A stretch of 64,000 nt of DNA, from NCBI GenBank assembly GCA_965219415.1, contig CBDCNP010000002.1, forward strand, positions 1,888,001 through 1,952,000. The letters run 5' to 3'. Positions 41,960 through 53,059 of the stretch are shown in pieces. The position numbers were made by a program, and so were the translations under genes. The number at the start of each line of letters is the position of its first letter. The first letter of the stretch is position 1. The notes beneath the pieces are model-generated. The model did no database searches. It had not been told where the DNA came from and saw only the letters and a list, made by a program, of their open reading frames with translations. Source of the stretch: Candidatus Marinacidobacterales bacterium (lineage in GTDB: Bacteria > Acidobacteriota > Vicinamibacteria > Marinacidobacterales > DATDRI01).

Positions 41960-43072
41960 ATGCATAAGAAAAGCAAGTATCTCCATGGACCCGAGATCAG
42001 CTCGCGCTCCATCGATCCGAATTGGTCCGTGGCGCAGCTCATCGACGATAGCTTCAACGCTTATAACGCCGGACGCCTCCGCGAATCTTGCCAGCTCTTC
42101 GTCGATCGCGTCCTCGACGACGATGTCACGGTAGGGCTCTCAGTCTCCGGAGCGCTCACGCCGGCCGGTCTCGGGCCAAGCGCGCTCATTCCGCTCATGG
42201 AGGCGGGCTTCGTAGATTGGATCATTTCTACCGGTGCCAATCTCTACCACGACACGCACTATGGCATCGGCTACGACATGCACCGTGGGACCCCCTTTGT
42301 CGACGACGTCAAGGTCTTCGAGGACCGAGTGGTTCGGATCTACGACATCTTCTTCAAGTTCGAAGACCTTCTATCTCTGGACAAGTATTATCAACGCCTG
42401 GTCTGCGCCGATGAATTTCAGAAGGAGATGTCGACCGCCGAGTTCCACTACCTTTGCGGCAAGTACGTGGGCGAACGGGAAAAGGCGCTGGGATTGGAGA
42501 ACCGCTCTTTTCTAGCCGCCGCGCATCGCTTGGGAGTCCCCATTTACACATCGTCACCCGGGGACAGTGCCATCGGTATGAACGTCGCCTCCATGGCGCT
42601 CAACGACAACAAGCTCAAGCTCGACATCTGTGCCGACGTCAACGAAACAACGGCCATCGTGTTCGACGCCAAGTTCAACGGCCGCAAGGCGGCCGCGGTC
42701 ATGCTCGGAGGCGGATCTCCGAAGAACTTCCTACTCCAAACCGAGCCCCAGATTCAGGAGATCCTCGGCTTCGACGAAAGGGGCTTCGACTACTTCATGC
42801 AGTTCACCGACGCGCGTCCGGACACCGGAGGCCTTTCCGGCGCCACCCCCGGTGAGGCCGTCAGCTGGGGAAAGGTCGACCCCGAGATGCTGCCGCATGC
42901 CATCGTCTCGTACGTCGATTCAACGATCGCTCTCCCGCTTCTTACTTCCTACGCTCTGGAGCGTCACAAACCTAGAAAGCTGAAGCGCCTCTACGATCAC
43001 CGCGCCGAGTTCGTCGACGCTCTAACCAAGGAATACCATAAGCGGGTCCCCGAGGTTCAGCCGCTCAAGTAA
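41960..43072 (+). CDS. Deoxyhypusine synthase-like protein (homospermidine synthesis type)
   Basis: '[10 protein letters not shown]', 'STGANLYHD', 'GGGSPKNF', '[16 protein letters not shown]'. Confidence 0.92.
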   Translation: MHKKSKYLHGPEISSRSIDPNWSVAQLIDDSFNAYNAGRLRESCQLFVDRVLDDDVTVGLSVSGALTPAGLGPSALIPLMEAGFVDWIISTGANLYHDTHYGIGYDMHRGTPFVDDVKVFEDRVVRIYDIFFKFEDLLSLDKYYQRLVCADEFQKEMSTAEFHYLCGKYVGEREKALGLENRSFLAAAHRLGVPIYTSSPGDSAIGMNVASMALNDNKLKLDICADVNETTAIVFDAKFNGRKAAAVMLGGGSPKNFLLQTEPQIQEILGFDERGFDYFMQFTDARPDTGGLSGATPGEAVSWGKVDPEMLPHAIVSYVDSTIALPLLTSYALERHKPRKLKRLYDHRAEFVDALTKEYHKRVPEVQPLK

Positions 43073-43127
43073 GCCCGCACGCCCCCGACTTGCCTTCTCC
43101 CGACGGAGCGGCTTACATTGTTCAGTG

Positions 43128-44699
43128 ATGTTCCGGCTTCCCCTCAAAGTCGGGGTGGCACTGCTTATCGCCGCTGCGAGTAGCTCCGCCATCCCTAACG
43201 GCCAAGAAAGTACGCCCCGCATTGGGAACATCGAGATCATTTCGAGCGACGTCTTTCACGAGGCGCAGGACGAGGACGGACTCTGGGTCTACCGCTTCGC
43301 GAATAAGCTGCATATGCAAACCCGGGAAGACATTATTCGTCAAGAGCTACTCTTCGTTCCCGGAGACTCGCTCGACCCAAAGATCCTCGCCGAAACCGAG
43401 CGCAACCTCCGGAATCTCATTTTCATAAGGGACGCCAAGATCGAAACCGTCCCTGCCGACGACGGCACCGTTGACGTCCGAGTCCGAACGTTTGATGCTT
43501 GGAGCATGGTGCTGGAGCTCTCGTTCGCAAAGGTCGGGAACGAGTTCACCTGGGGAGTAGGTGCCTCCGAAAGGAACCTTCTCGGTCGAGGCAAACAGCT
43601 CGAGTTTACCTTCCGTCATGGGCTGGAGCGAGATAGCACGAACTTTTTCTATCGAGACCGGCGCGTAGGTGGATCGCGGGTGGCCGCGACCATAGGGTAC
43701 TCCGATCTTTCCGACGGTGGACGAGGCCAACTCTCGCTTCTTAAGCCTTTTCACTCTCTTCAGACACAATGGGCCTTCAGCTTTCGCCTGCTAGGGTTCG
43801 ATCAGCTCGCGCCTCTCTATTTCAATGGCGAACGCGTGATCGACCTCAGGCATATTCGCCGGTTCGGGGAAATCGACGTGGCTCGGGCGGTCCGGCGGAC
43901 GGGCACCAGCGCGGTCAGGCTCCACCTCGGCTACCGCAAGCAAGAGGATGAAGTCGAAGGGACGCTCCGAGACTTCGGAGTCCTACAGATCGGAATCAGC
44001 ACCGAACAACACCGTTTCTTGAAGCTTACGCACGTGAATCGATTCGAGGTCGCTGAGGACTTCAACCTCGGCAATCGCGCATCGGCATTCTTCGGTGCCT
44101 CGACACCGGCACTAGGGGGAGAACCCGGTACCGCATACTTCCTCTTCCTGTCGGAGCAAGTCGGTGCCGAACTGGGTATCGGGCATTTCATTCGTGGTCG
44201 AGCTACCTGGCGAGTCCGACATCGCCGCGGGGGATGGGAGAACAGCCTCGCGGTCTTTCGTTTGGACTATGTGAATAAGATGGCCCCTCGCCGCACGTTT
44301 CTTGCGCTGGCGCGATTGCTCTACGGAAACAATCTCGATCCGGAAGTCCAGCTGACTCTGGGCGCACACAACGGCCTGCGCGGCTATCCGGTCTTTCAGT
44401 TTGCGGGCGACCGTTCGCTTCTTTTCAGCGCCGAGAAGCGCTTCTTCATTGCGGACGAGGTCTTTCGCCTCGCGTCATTCGCCCTTGGCGTCTTCGCCGA
44501 TGCCGGCTACGCTTGGCCGCGCCCGGTCAGGATGTCGCTGAGCGATCTCAGGGGCGACGTAGGTGTCGGTTTACTCATCGGTAGAAACCGTTTGTCGGCG
44601 TCGCGGCCCGGGGTCCGCTTCGATCTGGCGTACGCGCTCCACCCTGTTGTCGGCAGGAGCCGTTGGTTGTTCTCGGTTGGATCGCAAATCGGGCTCTAA
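43128..44699 (+). CDS. Omp85/BamA-TamA-like outer-membrane protein
   Basis: Signal peptide, POTRA 'IRQELLF..G...L.E.ERNL', 'ERNLLGRG', 'LRGY', 'DVGVGL'. Confidence 0.85.
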   Translation: MFRLPLKVGVALLIAAASSSAIPNGQESTPRIGNIEIISSDVFHEAQDEDGLWVYRFANKLHMQTREDIIRQELLFVPGDSLDPKILAETERNLRNLIFIRDAKIETVPADDGTVDVRVRTFDAWSMVLELSFAKVGNEFTWGVGASERNLLGRGKQLEFTFRHGLERDSTNFFYRDRRVGGSRVAATIGYSDLSDGGRGQLSLLKPFHSLQTQWAFSFRLLGFDQLAPLYFNGERVIDLRHIRRFGEIDVARAVRRTGTSAVRLHLGYRKQEDEVEGTLRDFGVLQIGISTEQHRFLKLTHVNRFEVAEDFNLGNRASAFFGASTPALGGEPGTAYFLFLSEQVGAELGIGHFIRGRATWRVRHRRGGWENSLAVFRLDYVNKMAPRRTFLALARLLYGNNLDPEVQLTLGAHNGLRGYPVFQFAGDRSLLFSAEKRFFIADEVFRLASFALGVFADAGYAWPRPVRMSLSDLRGDVGVGLLIGRNRLSASRPGVRFDLAYALHPVVGRSRWLFSVGSQIGL

Positions 44700-44725
44700 T
44701 TGACGCTGGCTTCCTTCCTTTACTG

Positions 44726-44821
44726 CCTCTCCCTTCCGCCTTCGCTGATGCTTCGGCGGACCCGCCGAAGTCGTTGGAATAGAAGCGGACGGAGGCGGGT
44801 TGGGAGAGGCCTAGGTGAGGG
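44726..44821 (+). repeat. Composite palindromic repeat, copy 1
   Basis: CCTCTCCCTTCCGCCTTCGC..GCTTCGGCGGACCCGCCGAAGT..GCGGACGGAGGCGGG.TGGGAGAGG. Inverted copy at 51003-51088. Confidence 0.85.
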
Positions 44822-44835
44822 ACTAGTCGGAAACC

Positions 44836-45399
44836 CTATTTCTTCTCCAGCACCACCAGAAACTGCCGGTCTACGAAGTGCTCCACGCCAACAAGATCTA
44901 GACCTGCGTTCGTCCCGAGCCGCTTGACTTCAGGCGAGGAGATGAACGCGTCGAACCCGTCGTTCCGGACACCGATCACGCCGATGCGTCCGCCCTTTCG
45001 GAGTCGCTTGCTGCACTCAACGAGCGTGTGTTCCAGCTCCTGCAAATCTTGTCTCGCCATGGTGACATGCAAGGAAAGCATGGCGTCCAAGCCGGGCGGC
45101 AGAGCGGCTACGATTTCTACTGAGGGTACCGTGCGAGCGATGCCATCCGAGACACGACTCGAAGGAGCAATGGCGAAGACGCGACCCACGTCCCCGACAC
45201 GCAGCAGCAATCGTTTGACGAAATAAGTATCGGACGGCGTCCATTCCGCCGCGCGCATCCCGGGCTGAACGCCAATTGCATCTAGAACCGCCTCCGGCTC
45301 CTGCCAACGGTCTCTTCTACCCCTGGCGCCTTGTTGGTACATGTAGAGCCCGGCCAGAGTCGCTACCGCCAAGATGACGGGCAAGAAGGCCAACACCAT
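44836..45399 (-). CDS. Membrane-anchored class I SAM methyltransferase-like protein (degenerate motif I)
   Basis: 'RDRWQEPEAVLDAIGVQPGM', 'LRKGGRIGVI', 'QFLVVLEK'. Confidence 0.65.
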   Translation of the reverse strand: MVLAFLPVILAVATLAGLYMYQQGARGRRDRWQEPEAVLDAIGVQPGMRAAEWTPSDTYFVKRLLLRVGDVGRVFAIAPSSRVSDGIARTVPSVEIVAALPPGLDAMLSLHVTMARQDLQELEHTLVECSKRLRKGGRIGVIGVRNDGFDAFISSPEVKRLGTNAGLDLVGVEHFVDRQFLVVLEKK

Positions 45400-45434
45400 G
45401 TAATGGCGTGGAAGCTTCTTCGTTATTGGGGGTG

Positions 45435-47147
45435 TCAGTTGGCGTCCGTGCTGTCGTTGAGGCTTACCGGGTAAACCACTTCGCCGCCCACGACGGTGTA
45501 GAGCACTTCGGTATCTAGAATCTCGCGCGGCTGCAGAGTCAGAATATCCTTGGACAAGACGGTGATGTCCGCCAGTTTCCCGGCCTCCAACGAACCCTTG
45601 TCTTGATCTTGAAAGGCAGCATAGGCCGCATCGAGCGTGTAGGACCGGAGCGCCTGTTCCAGGCTCATCCTTTGGTCAGGGAACCAGCCTCCCTCGGGTT
45701 TCCCCTGCTTGTCCTGACGAGTGATGGACGCATAGAGGGACTCTAGTGCCGAAATTCTCTCGACCGGTGCATCGGTGCCGTTGGCGATCTTGGTTCCCGA
45801 AAGGAGAAGCTTCTGCCACACGTAAGCCCCTTCTGCACTCCGCTCTTCGCCGAGTCGATCGGCCACCCACGGCATGTCGGAGGTGGCATGCACGCCTTGC
45901 ATGGAAGCAATGACGCCAAGCTGGGCGAAGCGGCGGATGTCGATCTCATCCAGAATCTGTGCATGCTCGATTCGAAACCTCGGATCGTCGACGGTTGCGT
46001 TATCGTCGAAAGCCCTTTGGAACGCATTCAGCACTTCGCGGTTGGCCCGATCACCGATAGCATGCACGTTGAGTTGGTAGCCCGCACTGAGCGCCCGATC
46101 TGCAATGTTGAAAACGTCCTCTTCGCTCAGGATAGTAAGGCCTCTCCAGTCGGGACGATCGACATAGGGCTCGAGAAGCGCCGCACCTCGTGAGCCGAGC
46201 GCGCCGTCAGCGACGAGTTTCACCGAGCGAATCGTGAGCCAGGGCGAGATCTCCGGTTTGTGAGAGAAGAACCGCTCCAGAAGTTCCGGATCACTGCCAT
46301 CCAACATGAGGTAGAGACGCAGTTTGAGATCACCTCGAGTCAGAGCGTCACGGTATAGCTCGATGTCGCGAGCACCCACACCTGCGTCGTGAACGCTGGT
46401 GATGCCCGCTCGTAGGGCTGCGTCCTGTGCGCTCTGGAACGCCTTGCGGCGATCCTCGTCACTCGGAGCCGGAATGCTATTGGTGATCAGATCCTTGGCG
46501 AGATCGATGAAGACGCCGGTCGGGTTCCCCTCCTCGTCACGAATGATCTCACCCCCCTCCGGATCGGCCGTTTCGTGATCGACACCCGCCAGCTCCATCG
46601 CCTTGGAATTGGCCCAGCCGACGTGCATATCGATTCGCGTGAGGTAGACCGGTTGCTCGGGAGCCACTCGATCGAGGATAGCCGCAGTGGGAAACTCCTT
46701 GTTCTTCCAGTCGTTTTGGTCCCAACCGTGCCCCCGGATCCAAATGGCTTCCTGTTCCTCGCCTTCTTCGTCCTCGTTTGCAGGGGGCGCGGCGACGTCC
46801 TTCAACTTGCGGGCGATCTCGTTCGAGCTTCGAGTGCCGACGAGATCCAACTGCAACTCGGCGAAACCGAGATCCATAAAGTGAGCGTGGGAATCGATGA
46901 ATCCTGGGACGGCCAGCGCACCGGCGAGATCGAGGATCCTCGTCTCCTTCCCCACGAAGTCGTTTACTTCGGCCGTGGTGCCAACGGCGGTGATGAGCCC
47001 GCCGGTCACGGCAAGAGCTTCCGCTACCGGACGTTCCGCAGACAAGGTGATGATTTTGCCGTTGCGAAGCACGAAGTCCGCTTTCGGCCCAGACGGAAGG
47101 CAGGCCGCAGCCAATGCCAGAGAGGTGAAGCAAAGAAGCACGCGCAT
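45435..47147 (-). CDS. YtcJ-like amidohydrolase (family 3) lipoprotein
   Basis: Lipobox LAAAC, 'PGFIDSHAH', 'DGALGSRGAALLEPY', 'HAIGDRAN', 'RIEHAQ', 'GTDAPVE'. Confidence 0.92.
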   Translation of the reverse strand: MRVLLCFTSLALAAACLPSGPKADFVLRNGKIITLSAERPVAEALAVTGGLITAVGTTAEVNDFVGKETRILDLAGALAVPGFIDSHAHFMDLGFAELQLDLVGTRSSNEIARKLKDVAAPPANEDEEGEEQEAIWIRGHGWDQNDWKNKEFPTAAILDRVAPEQPVYLTRIDMHVGWANSKAMELAGVDHETADPEGGEIIRDEEGNPTGVFIDLAKDLITNSIPAPSDEDRRKAFQSAQDAALRAGITSVHDAGVGARDIELYRDALTRGDLKLRLYLMLDGSDPELLERFFSHKPEISPWLTIRSVKLVADGALGSRGAALLEPYVDRPDWRGLTILSEEDVFNIADRALSAGYQLNVHAIGDRANREVLNAFQRAFDDNATVDDPRFRIEHAQILDEIDIRRFAQLGVIASMQGVHATSDMPWVADRLGEERSAEGAYVWQKLLLSGTKIANGTDAPVERISALESLYASITRQDKQGKPEGGWFPDQRMSLEQALRSYTLDAAYAAFQDQDKGSLEAGKLADITVLSKDILTLQPREILDTEVLYTVVGGEVVYPVSLNDSTDAN

Positions 47148-47197
47148 TCTGTTCTCTTGAGAGTCCTCTTCGACCTCGGCTATGCCGGCTATGCCCG

Positions 47198-48020
47198 TTA
47201 TGACTGAGCGGTCAAAACCTCGCCTAGTCCGTCGAGAAATCGGTGATTGTCCTCGGGCAGCCCGATTGAGACACGCAAGAATTTCGGTTTGCCCCACGAT
47301 TTGCCATCGGTGACGTAAACTTTCTGCTCCCGCAACGCTTTCTTCACCGGGGCCGCCTCACGTTCCAGATCCACCATCACGAAGGGCGCCACGTGAGGAT
47401 AACTGTCGAGGCCGAGCGCTTGGGTGCCCGCCCGGATATCAATTGGACACCCTCGGTGATCGTCCGCATTTAGGCCTTTTTCAGCGCGTCGGCGTCCATT
47501 GCTCCGTGCGATGCGAGAGGAACCTTGACCACTTTGGCACCCATCGATTTCGCCACCTTGGCCGACCAACCGTAGCGGGATCGTGGAGAAGCATGCTTCC
47601 CCCGTCTCCAAGAAGGGTCCACGGCAGAATGTTAAGGAACTCTGTGGATCCGCAGCCGACTATCACTTCCTTGGGGGAAACGCCGTGATACTGCGCAATC
47701 ACATCGTTGAGCGGTGCGATATTGTTGTAGCGATTGGATCCATGGAAGTCGTGCTGAACCACCGCATCGATCGCCTTTCGGGAGGGACCGATTGGGTTCT
47801 CGTTGAAATTCAGGCGCACTGCCCCCTGTGGATAACCGGTTGGAATCTCGTCGGGAACACCGTCACCCACGTTCGGCCCTCCGGTGACCTTCGATTGTGC
47901 AAAAGCATGGTGTGGTGGGGTCAGGGACGTAACCCCTGCGGTGGCTGCGACCGCGCGCAAAAACGCACGCCGTGTCGGCCCGATTCCCTCCGGATAGCAG
48001 CTCCAAGCCGGATGCTTCAT
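47198..48020 (-). pseudogene. Tat-exported HisC-like class I/II aminotransferase with internal deletion and frameshift
   Basis: 'TRRAFL', 'LNFNENPIGPS', 'GCGSTE', 'LRVSIG'. About 820 bp, with the PLP-lysine region missing. Confidence 0.75.
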
Positions 48021-48247
48021 CGCAAGTTTTCCTCCAGGATCCACGCGGGCCGGCGGTCTGGAACCGACCGCAACGCGGCAAGCCTACCGCCGATTCCGCT
48101 TCGCTGCAAGGTTCGCGGCGCCCGAAGCTAAGAGGTTGACTCCCCCGACCGCAACCGGATACCATGCCGAGGATCGAGCAAACTCAAATCCTTTCTCATC
48201 CTTGACTTTGATGACGAATCGGCGACTGTAGACCGCGGAGGGAACGA

Positions 48248-48526
48248 ATGGCTGGAAGGGGTAAGGACAAAACGGCGGCGGGCATTTTGGGAATCTTGCT
48301 GGGCGGACTGGGAGTCCACCAGTTCTATCTTGGCTCGATGGGCACTGGGCTGATCTTGATTGCCGCAACCGTGGTTACCTGCGGAATCGGTGGCGCGATC
48401 CTCGGCCTCATCGAAGGGATCATCCTCTTGACGATGAGCGACGACGACTTCAACAAGCGCTACAACGACCGAACTCCGCAGTCTGTCGAGTTCGTCTTCA
48501 TGAAGCCGAAAGAGGCGTCTGGCTAG
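48248..48526 (+). CDS. TM2-domain membrane protein
   Basis: 'KTAAGILGILLGGLGVHQFYLG...GLIEGIILLTMSDDDF'. Confidence 0.92.
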   Translation: MAGRGKDKTAAGILGILLGGLGVHQFYLGSMGTGLILIAATVVTCGIGGAILGLIEGIILLTMSDDDFNKRYNDRTPQSVEFVFMKPKEASG

Positions 48527-48576
48527 GCCGATACCGGCAACCACCGGGTGTGACGCCAAGCACGAACAGCCCCCGA

Positions 48577-50942
48577 CTATTTGGCGGCTACTGCGCAGAT
48601 CGTGCGTGGGCGCGGGGCGAGGGCTTCGCATGCCAATCGGCGACGACGCGCTCCGCCGGCTTTCCCCGCGGCGTCCAAACGTCGCCTCCCGAACCGGCGT
48701 TCGCGGGGTCGGAGAACCATTTCCACCAATAGAATCCATAGAACCAGGGGCGCGACCAATAGGTCTCGAACGTAACCCGGTAGAGAAGTGCCTGCCGTTC
48801 CCGAGATCGGTCGGGCTGCCCTCGTGTTTAGCGGTTCCCGCCGCGCGAACGGAAGGAAAGCCGACTTCGGTGAAGACCACCGGCTGGCCGACGCGAAGCG
48901 CAACCGCTTCTATCCGCTCCGCTACGCGCTCCGCTGCAACGCGGAGTTGCTCTTCGTCGGCGTCTGCACCCTTCGCTAGCGGGTAGTAAGTTATCGAGTC
49001 CAGCGACATCGAGCGCATCCCAAAAGGTAAGGCTCTCGAATTCCTCGTACCAGTTGGCGGCGTAAGTGAGAGGGCCCTGATAGACCCGCCTCACTTTCGC
49101 GATGATCTCGCGGATTTTCTCCGGTCGCTCGAGGGCCGGGTGAGTCAGCTCGGTGCCCACGCAGAAGAGGTCCACCCGCAGCTCTTCAGCCAAGAGCGCG
49201 TACGACAGGATCCAGCTTTCGTAGCTTTCGAACCAAGCATTCCACTCCTGGTCGGTCTCGAAATCGATGTCGCTCGGCCAGTCTTGGTAGCTGAGCCAGA
49301 TCTGCGGCTTCATCATGACCCGCAATCCCAGTCGCCTCGCGTCCGCGGTGGCCACCCGAATCGACTCGTCGCTCTCGGTGCTGATCGAGCTTCCGGCGCG
49401 ACGGATCGCGGTTCGGTGGACCGGTGAAGTAAAGCCGTAAGGCACCAGTGCCACAGCGTTGGCCGCTAGGTCTCGCAGTCCCTTGAGAGATTCCAACGAA
49501 CGGGCGGTCGGATACCCACTCTCGCGACTGTTCGTGTAGGCATAGTTGAAACCCTTGTGAAAGACTTTGGCACTGGAATAAGACCGACGCGAAAGCTCTG
49601 CTTTTTCCGCGAAACCCTCGGCGTCGGAGGAGGCCTCACGTTCAAGCTGACGTTGCCACCTCTTTTCCCAAGTTTGCAGGCGGGGCTCCCCGTGCCCCGT
49701 GTAGTGACGACGAAATTCGTCGCTCGTCATCTGCTTTCGAAGAAAAGAGACCCAGCTCGCCGCGTAGGCTCGATAGACCGGCTCGGGAAAGGCCAGCGAC
49801 AGACGGTCATCGGTCGCCGCGAGCCGCCGGAGCTCGGGAGGGAACCCGAGGTAGGCGAATCGAGCCGCCTCCTCCTCGAACGGCAGTCCGGCCAACATCC
49901 GCGAGTACCCGGCCCGCAGATACGGCTCGACCGGAGCTCCCAACAAACGGTCCAAGAGCAACCCCACTTCTTCGGCTCCGTCCAGGCCACTGCGCTCCGC
50001 AGAGTAGATTGCGTGGACCGTTAGCATGCTCGAATCGACATGGGACCGAGCCATCGAATCGACCAACCGGCCCTTGGTCTCGTGGGTCGGATAGAGATAG
50101 AAACGGATCGATAGCTCCGGCAGGTCGCCCAATTCCTGAGCCGCCCGGTCGAGCCGGGCCCCTAGGGTCTCGAGGATCGCCTGATGCTTCGATTCTGCGA
50201 AGCTCGCCTCCGGGTAGTAAAGCTCCAAGCGATCGCCAGCCGACCGCTGTAGAGTCTCCGCCCACGCTTCTTGCTCCGCCAGAATGTCGACGTCGGAGGC
50301 CGAGTCTATGCGGCCTTCGGACAGTCGCCCGTAGCGAATGGCGCGACGGCCTTCGAGAATCGAATAGTCCAGTCGCCCGAACCAAAAGCCTCGCCGCGAC
50401 AGAGGGGATTCGTGGGTTGCTCCAGCAACGAGAACCACCGGACGCTCCGGATTCCACGGTGAAAGCGTCAGGAGTCGAAGTACGTGCTCGACTTTTTGGT
50501 AAGATCGTCCGCCAAACGAGAAGCCTTTCGAAAAACGAACCGGCGTTTCCTCAACGATCTCACGGACCCATCGATTTGCTTCGGGTCGACCAATTAAGAT
50601 GATGGCAGCTTCCTTGCGATCGGAGGAAGAGAGGTTGTGATCAGCGATCACTTTCGCTGGACGGCCCCAAGAGTGATAACGCTCCGCGAACCGCTCGGCC
50701 TCAGCACGATACTGGTCCGACCACTTCGGGGCAGCCGTCCCGTAAACGATGAGAAGGGGGGCTCCCTCGCGAAGGGAACGCACCGCACGGCGGCGTTTCA
50801 CTTCCCATGATTCGCCCTCGGCAGTGAGCGAATGGACGCCGAGATGGAGGAGCACCGCTCCACCGAAGAGAACGGTCACGGCCAGGAATAAAGACCAGAC
50901 TCGGTGCACAGAGCTACTATAGCCCACGGTGGGCCTACGCAT
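48577..50942 (-). pseudogene. Multidomain protein with a C-terminal GH113-like domain, frameshifted near 48990 and 48800
   Basis: 'MMKPQIW', 'CVGTEL', 'TYAANW', 'YYPL', 'VFTEVGFPS'. Confidence 0.78.
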
Positions 50943-50945
50943 TGA

Positions 50946-51088
50946 CCCTCACCCGGCGTCTGACAACGTTGTAGCGGCGCGCACCCCCGTTTGTCGACGC
51001 CACCCTCTCCCAGCCCGCCTCCGTCCGCGTCCATTCTGAGAACTTCGGCGGGTCCGCCGAAGCTTCCGCGAAGGCGGAAGGGAGAGGG
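50946..51088 (-). repeat. Composite palindromic repeat, copy 2
   Basis: Reverse complement matches 44726-44821, with extra sequence before the GGTGAGGG end. Confidence 0.85.
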
Positions 51089-51110
51089 AATAAAGGATGA
51101 AGAGTCTTTG

Positions 51111-51896
51111 TTACCGTCTAGGAATCAAATGATGCCCGAAAATCAAACTTAGGATCAGAGCAGCGCAAAGCACGAAGTGCGGGGCAGTCAAACGCGGATA
51201 CATCCACAACCAAAAGCGACCCTTGGGCTCGCGATCGTTCATTCGCAGCCGAGCATAGAAGATCCTCTGGATCGCAATGAGGTTGGTGAAGATCGCGAGA
51301 ATCCAGAGCGTGATGTGCAGGTTGAAGGCAAGCATACCAATAATGATGGTGACCGTCCGCTCCGCCCGCTCCATGAAACCGACTTTGCAACTATCGATGA
51401 CGTTCTCGGCGCGGGCTCGCACGTAAGACGTGGTCGCCGTTCCAACGACCGCCAAAGACCAAAGCGTGAAGTAGAGAAGACGATGCGAGTGGATGTGTCG
51501 GTTGGTGTAGACCAGGATCGCAAACAGCATGATGAAATCGGTGTAGCGATCTACGACCGAATCCAGGAAGCCCCCGAAGAGCGTGCTTCCTCTGGAGATG
51601 CGGGCCACCGCCCCATCGAGCAGATCGAAGGCGCCAGCGGCGATCAGAACCAGTCCGGCCAGCCTTTGGTTTCCCTCGAAGACCGGTATAAAGACCAAGG
51701 ACACCACCACCGGCCCAGTCAGGGTCACCACGTTGGGCGAGATTCCGACGCGGATGATGCCGCGGGCGATGGCGTCCCTCGCCCAGCCGAAGACGCCCGC
51801 CACGGCCCTCGAAAGGGCGACCGCGATCGCCCGGAGGAACGCGTTGAGTCCGGGCGGCGGCGGATGTGGCTGATCTAGAGTGACTTTGGCTTCCAC
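51111..51896 (-). CDS. CDP-alcohol phosphatidyltransferase
   Basis: 'SPNVVT', 'DLLDGAVAR...GGFLDSVVDR..D', 'SYVRARAE', 'GFMERAER'. Confidence 0.93.
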   Translation of the reverse strand: MEAKVTLDQPHPPPPGLNAFLRAIAVALSRAVAGVFGWARDAIARGIIRVGISPNVVTLTGPVVVSLVFIPVFEGNQRLAGLVLIAAGAFDLLDGAVARISRGSTLFGGFLDSVVDRYTDFIMLFAILVYTNRHIHSHRLLYFTLWSLAVVGTATTSYVRARAENVIDSCKVGFMERAERTVTIIIGMLAFNLHITLWILAIFTNLIAIQRIFYARLRMNDREPKGRFWLWMYPRLTAPHFVLCAALILSLIFGHHLIPRR

Positions 51897-52034
51897 GGTG
51901 ACTATGTCCCAGGCTGACTAGGGTCAGGGAGTGTATCACACCATCGCGCCACCCGCTCACGCCGCCATCTTCGCTGGCGCGTCCACCAAGGGGGTTGGCT
52001 GCGTGCTAAGATCCCGCTATTCAGCGACCTCGGC

Positions 52035-52979
52035 ATGAACGATAGCCTCCCTCTTATCATCATCAATCCCGCCGCCCGCGGTGGTGCCGCCGGTCGCTCC
52101 TGGACGAGCGCGGCAGCTACCGTCCGCGCGCACTTCGGACCTTACGAGTGTGCTTTTACGAAGGCTAGAGGTGACGCTACCCGCATCGCAGAGGAGCAAT
52201 CACGATCGGGACGCCGACTGCTGATCACATTCGGTGGCGACGGCACCATCAGCGAAGTGGCCGGCGGTATCTTGCGCTCGGGTGCTAACGTCGAGCTCGG
52301 CTTCTTGCCGCAAGGAACGGGAGGCGACTTCCTGCGAACGATCGGCACGCCGAAACGATTGGCCGACGCGGCCCGAGCCCTCCGTTCGAGCGAACCACGT
52401 CGAATAGACGCCGGCAGGGTGGAATACACAGACGCTGAAGGGAAGACCGCATCCCGCTACTTCATTAATTCGTCGTCGTTCGGCCTGAGCGGAGAGGTTG
52501 CCGAACGCATGAACCAGGCGAATCGTTCGAGCGGGATCGGCTCCGCCCTCGGAGGAAAATTCGCTTACGCGACTCACACCGTCAAGGCCGCGTTGGCGTT
52601 CGACGCACCGGAGGTCTGGATCGAGACCGAAGACGAGAAGCGACAACTGCCGATCACTCAGGTCTCGGTCAACAACGGCAGATTCTTCGGCGGCGGCATG
52701 AAAATCGCGCCCGAGGCTAGGCTAGTAGACGGGCTTCTCGACCTCATTGTGATTCGAAAGGTCTCTTTCGCCCGGATCCTCGCCGACGGTCCAAGTATCT
52801 ACACCGGAACCCACGTCTCACTCCCGGAAGTGGATCACTCACAGGTGAAGTCGATCCGAGCTTGGCCCTTGGATGAAGCGGTCCGCGTCGGCGTGGAAGT
52901 GGACGGTGAGTCCCCCGGCACCCTGCCGGCGCAATTCGAAGTGTGCCCGGCTGCTCTCACCGTTCGCGTACCAGTCTAA
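52035..52979 (+). CDS. Diacylglycerol/lipid kinase (YegS/DAGK family)
   Basis: 'INPAA', 'GGDGT', 'GTGGDF', 'FFGGGM', 'VDGE'. Confidence 0.93.
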   Translation: MNDSLPLIIINPAARGGAAGRSWTSAAATVRAHFGPYECAFTKARGDATRIAEEQSRSGRRLLITFGGDGTISEVAGGILRSGANVELGFLPQGTGGDFLRTIGTPKRLADAARALRSSEPRRIDAGRVEYTDAEGKTASRYFINSSSFGLSGEVAERMNQANRSSGIGSALGGKFAYATHTVKAALAFDAPEVWIETEDEKRQLPITQVSVNNGRFFGGGMKIAPEARLVDGLLDLIVIRKVSFARILADGPSIYTGTHVSLPEVDHSQVKSIRAWPLDEAVRVGVEVDGESPGTLPAQFEVCPAALTVRVPV

Positions 52980-53059
52980 ACGCGAAAATCCGTATTTTTG
53001 CGGGGTCACAGACACCGGGCGGATCTACTATGCTTCGTGACCCGCGCTGAGTTTGCCGC

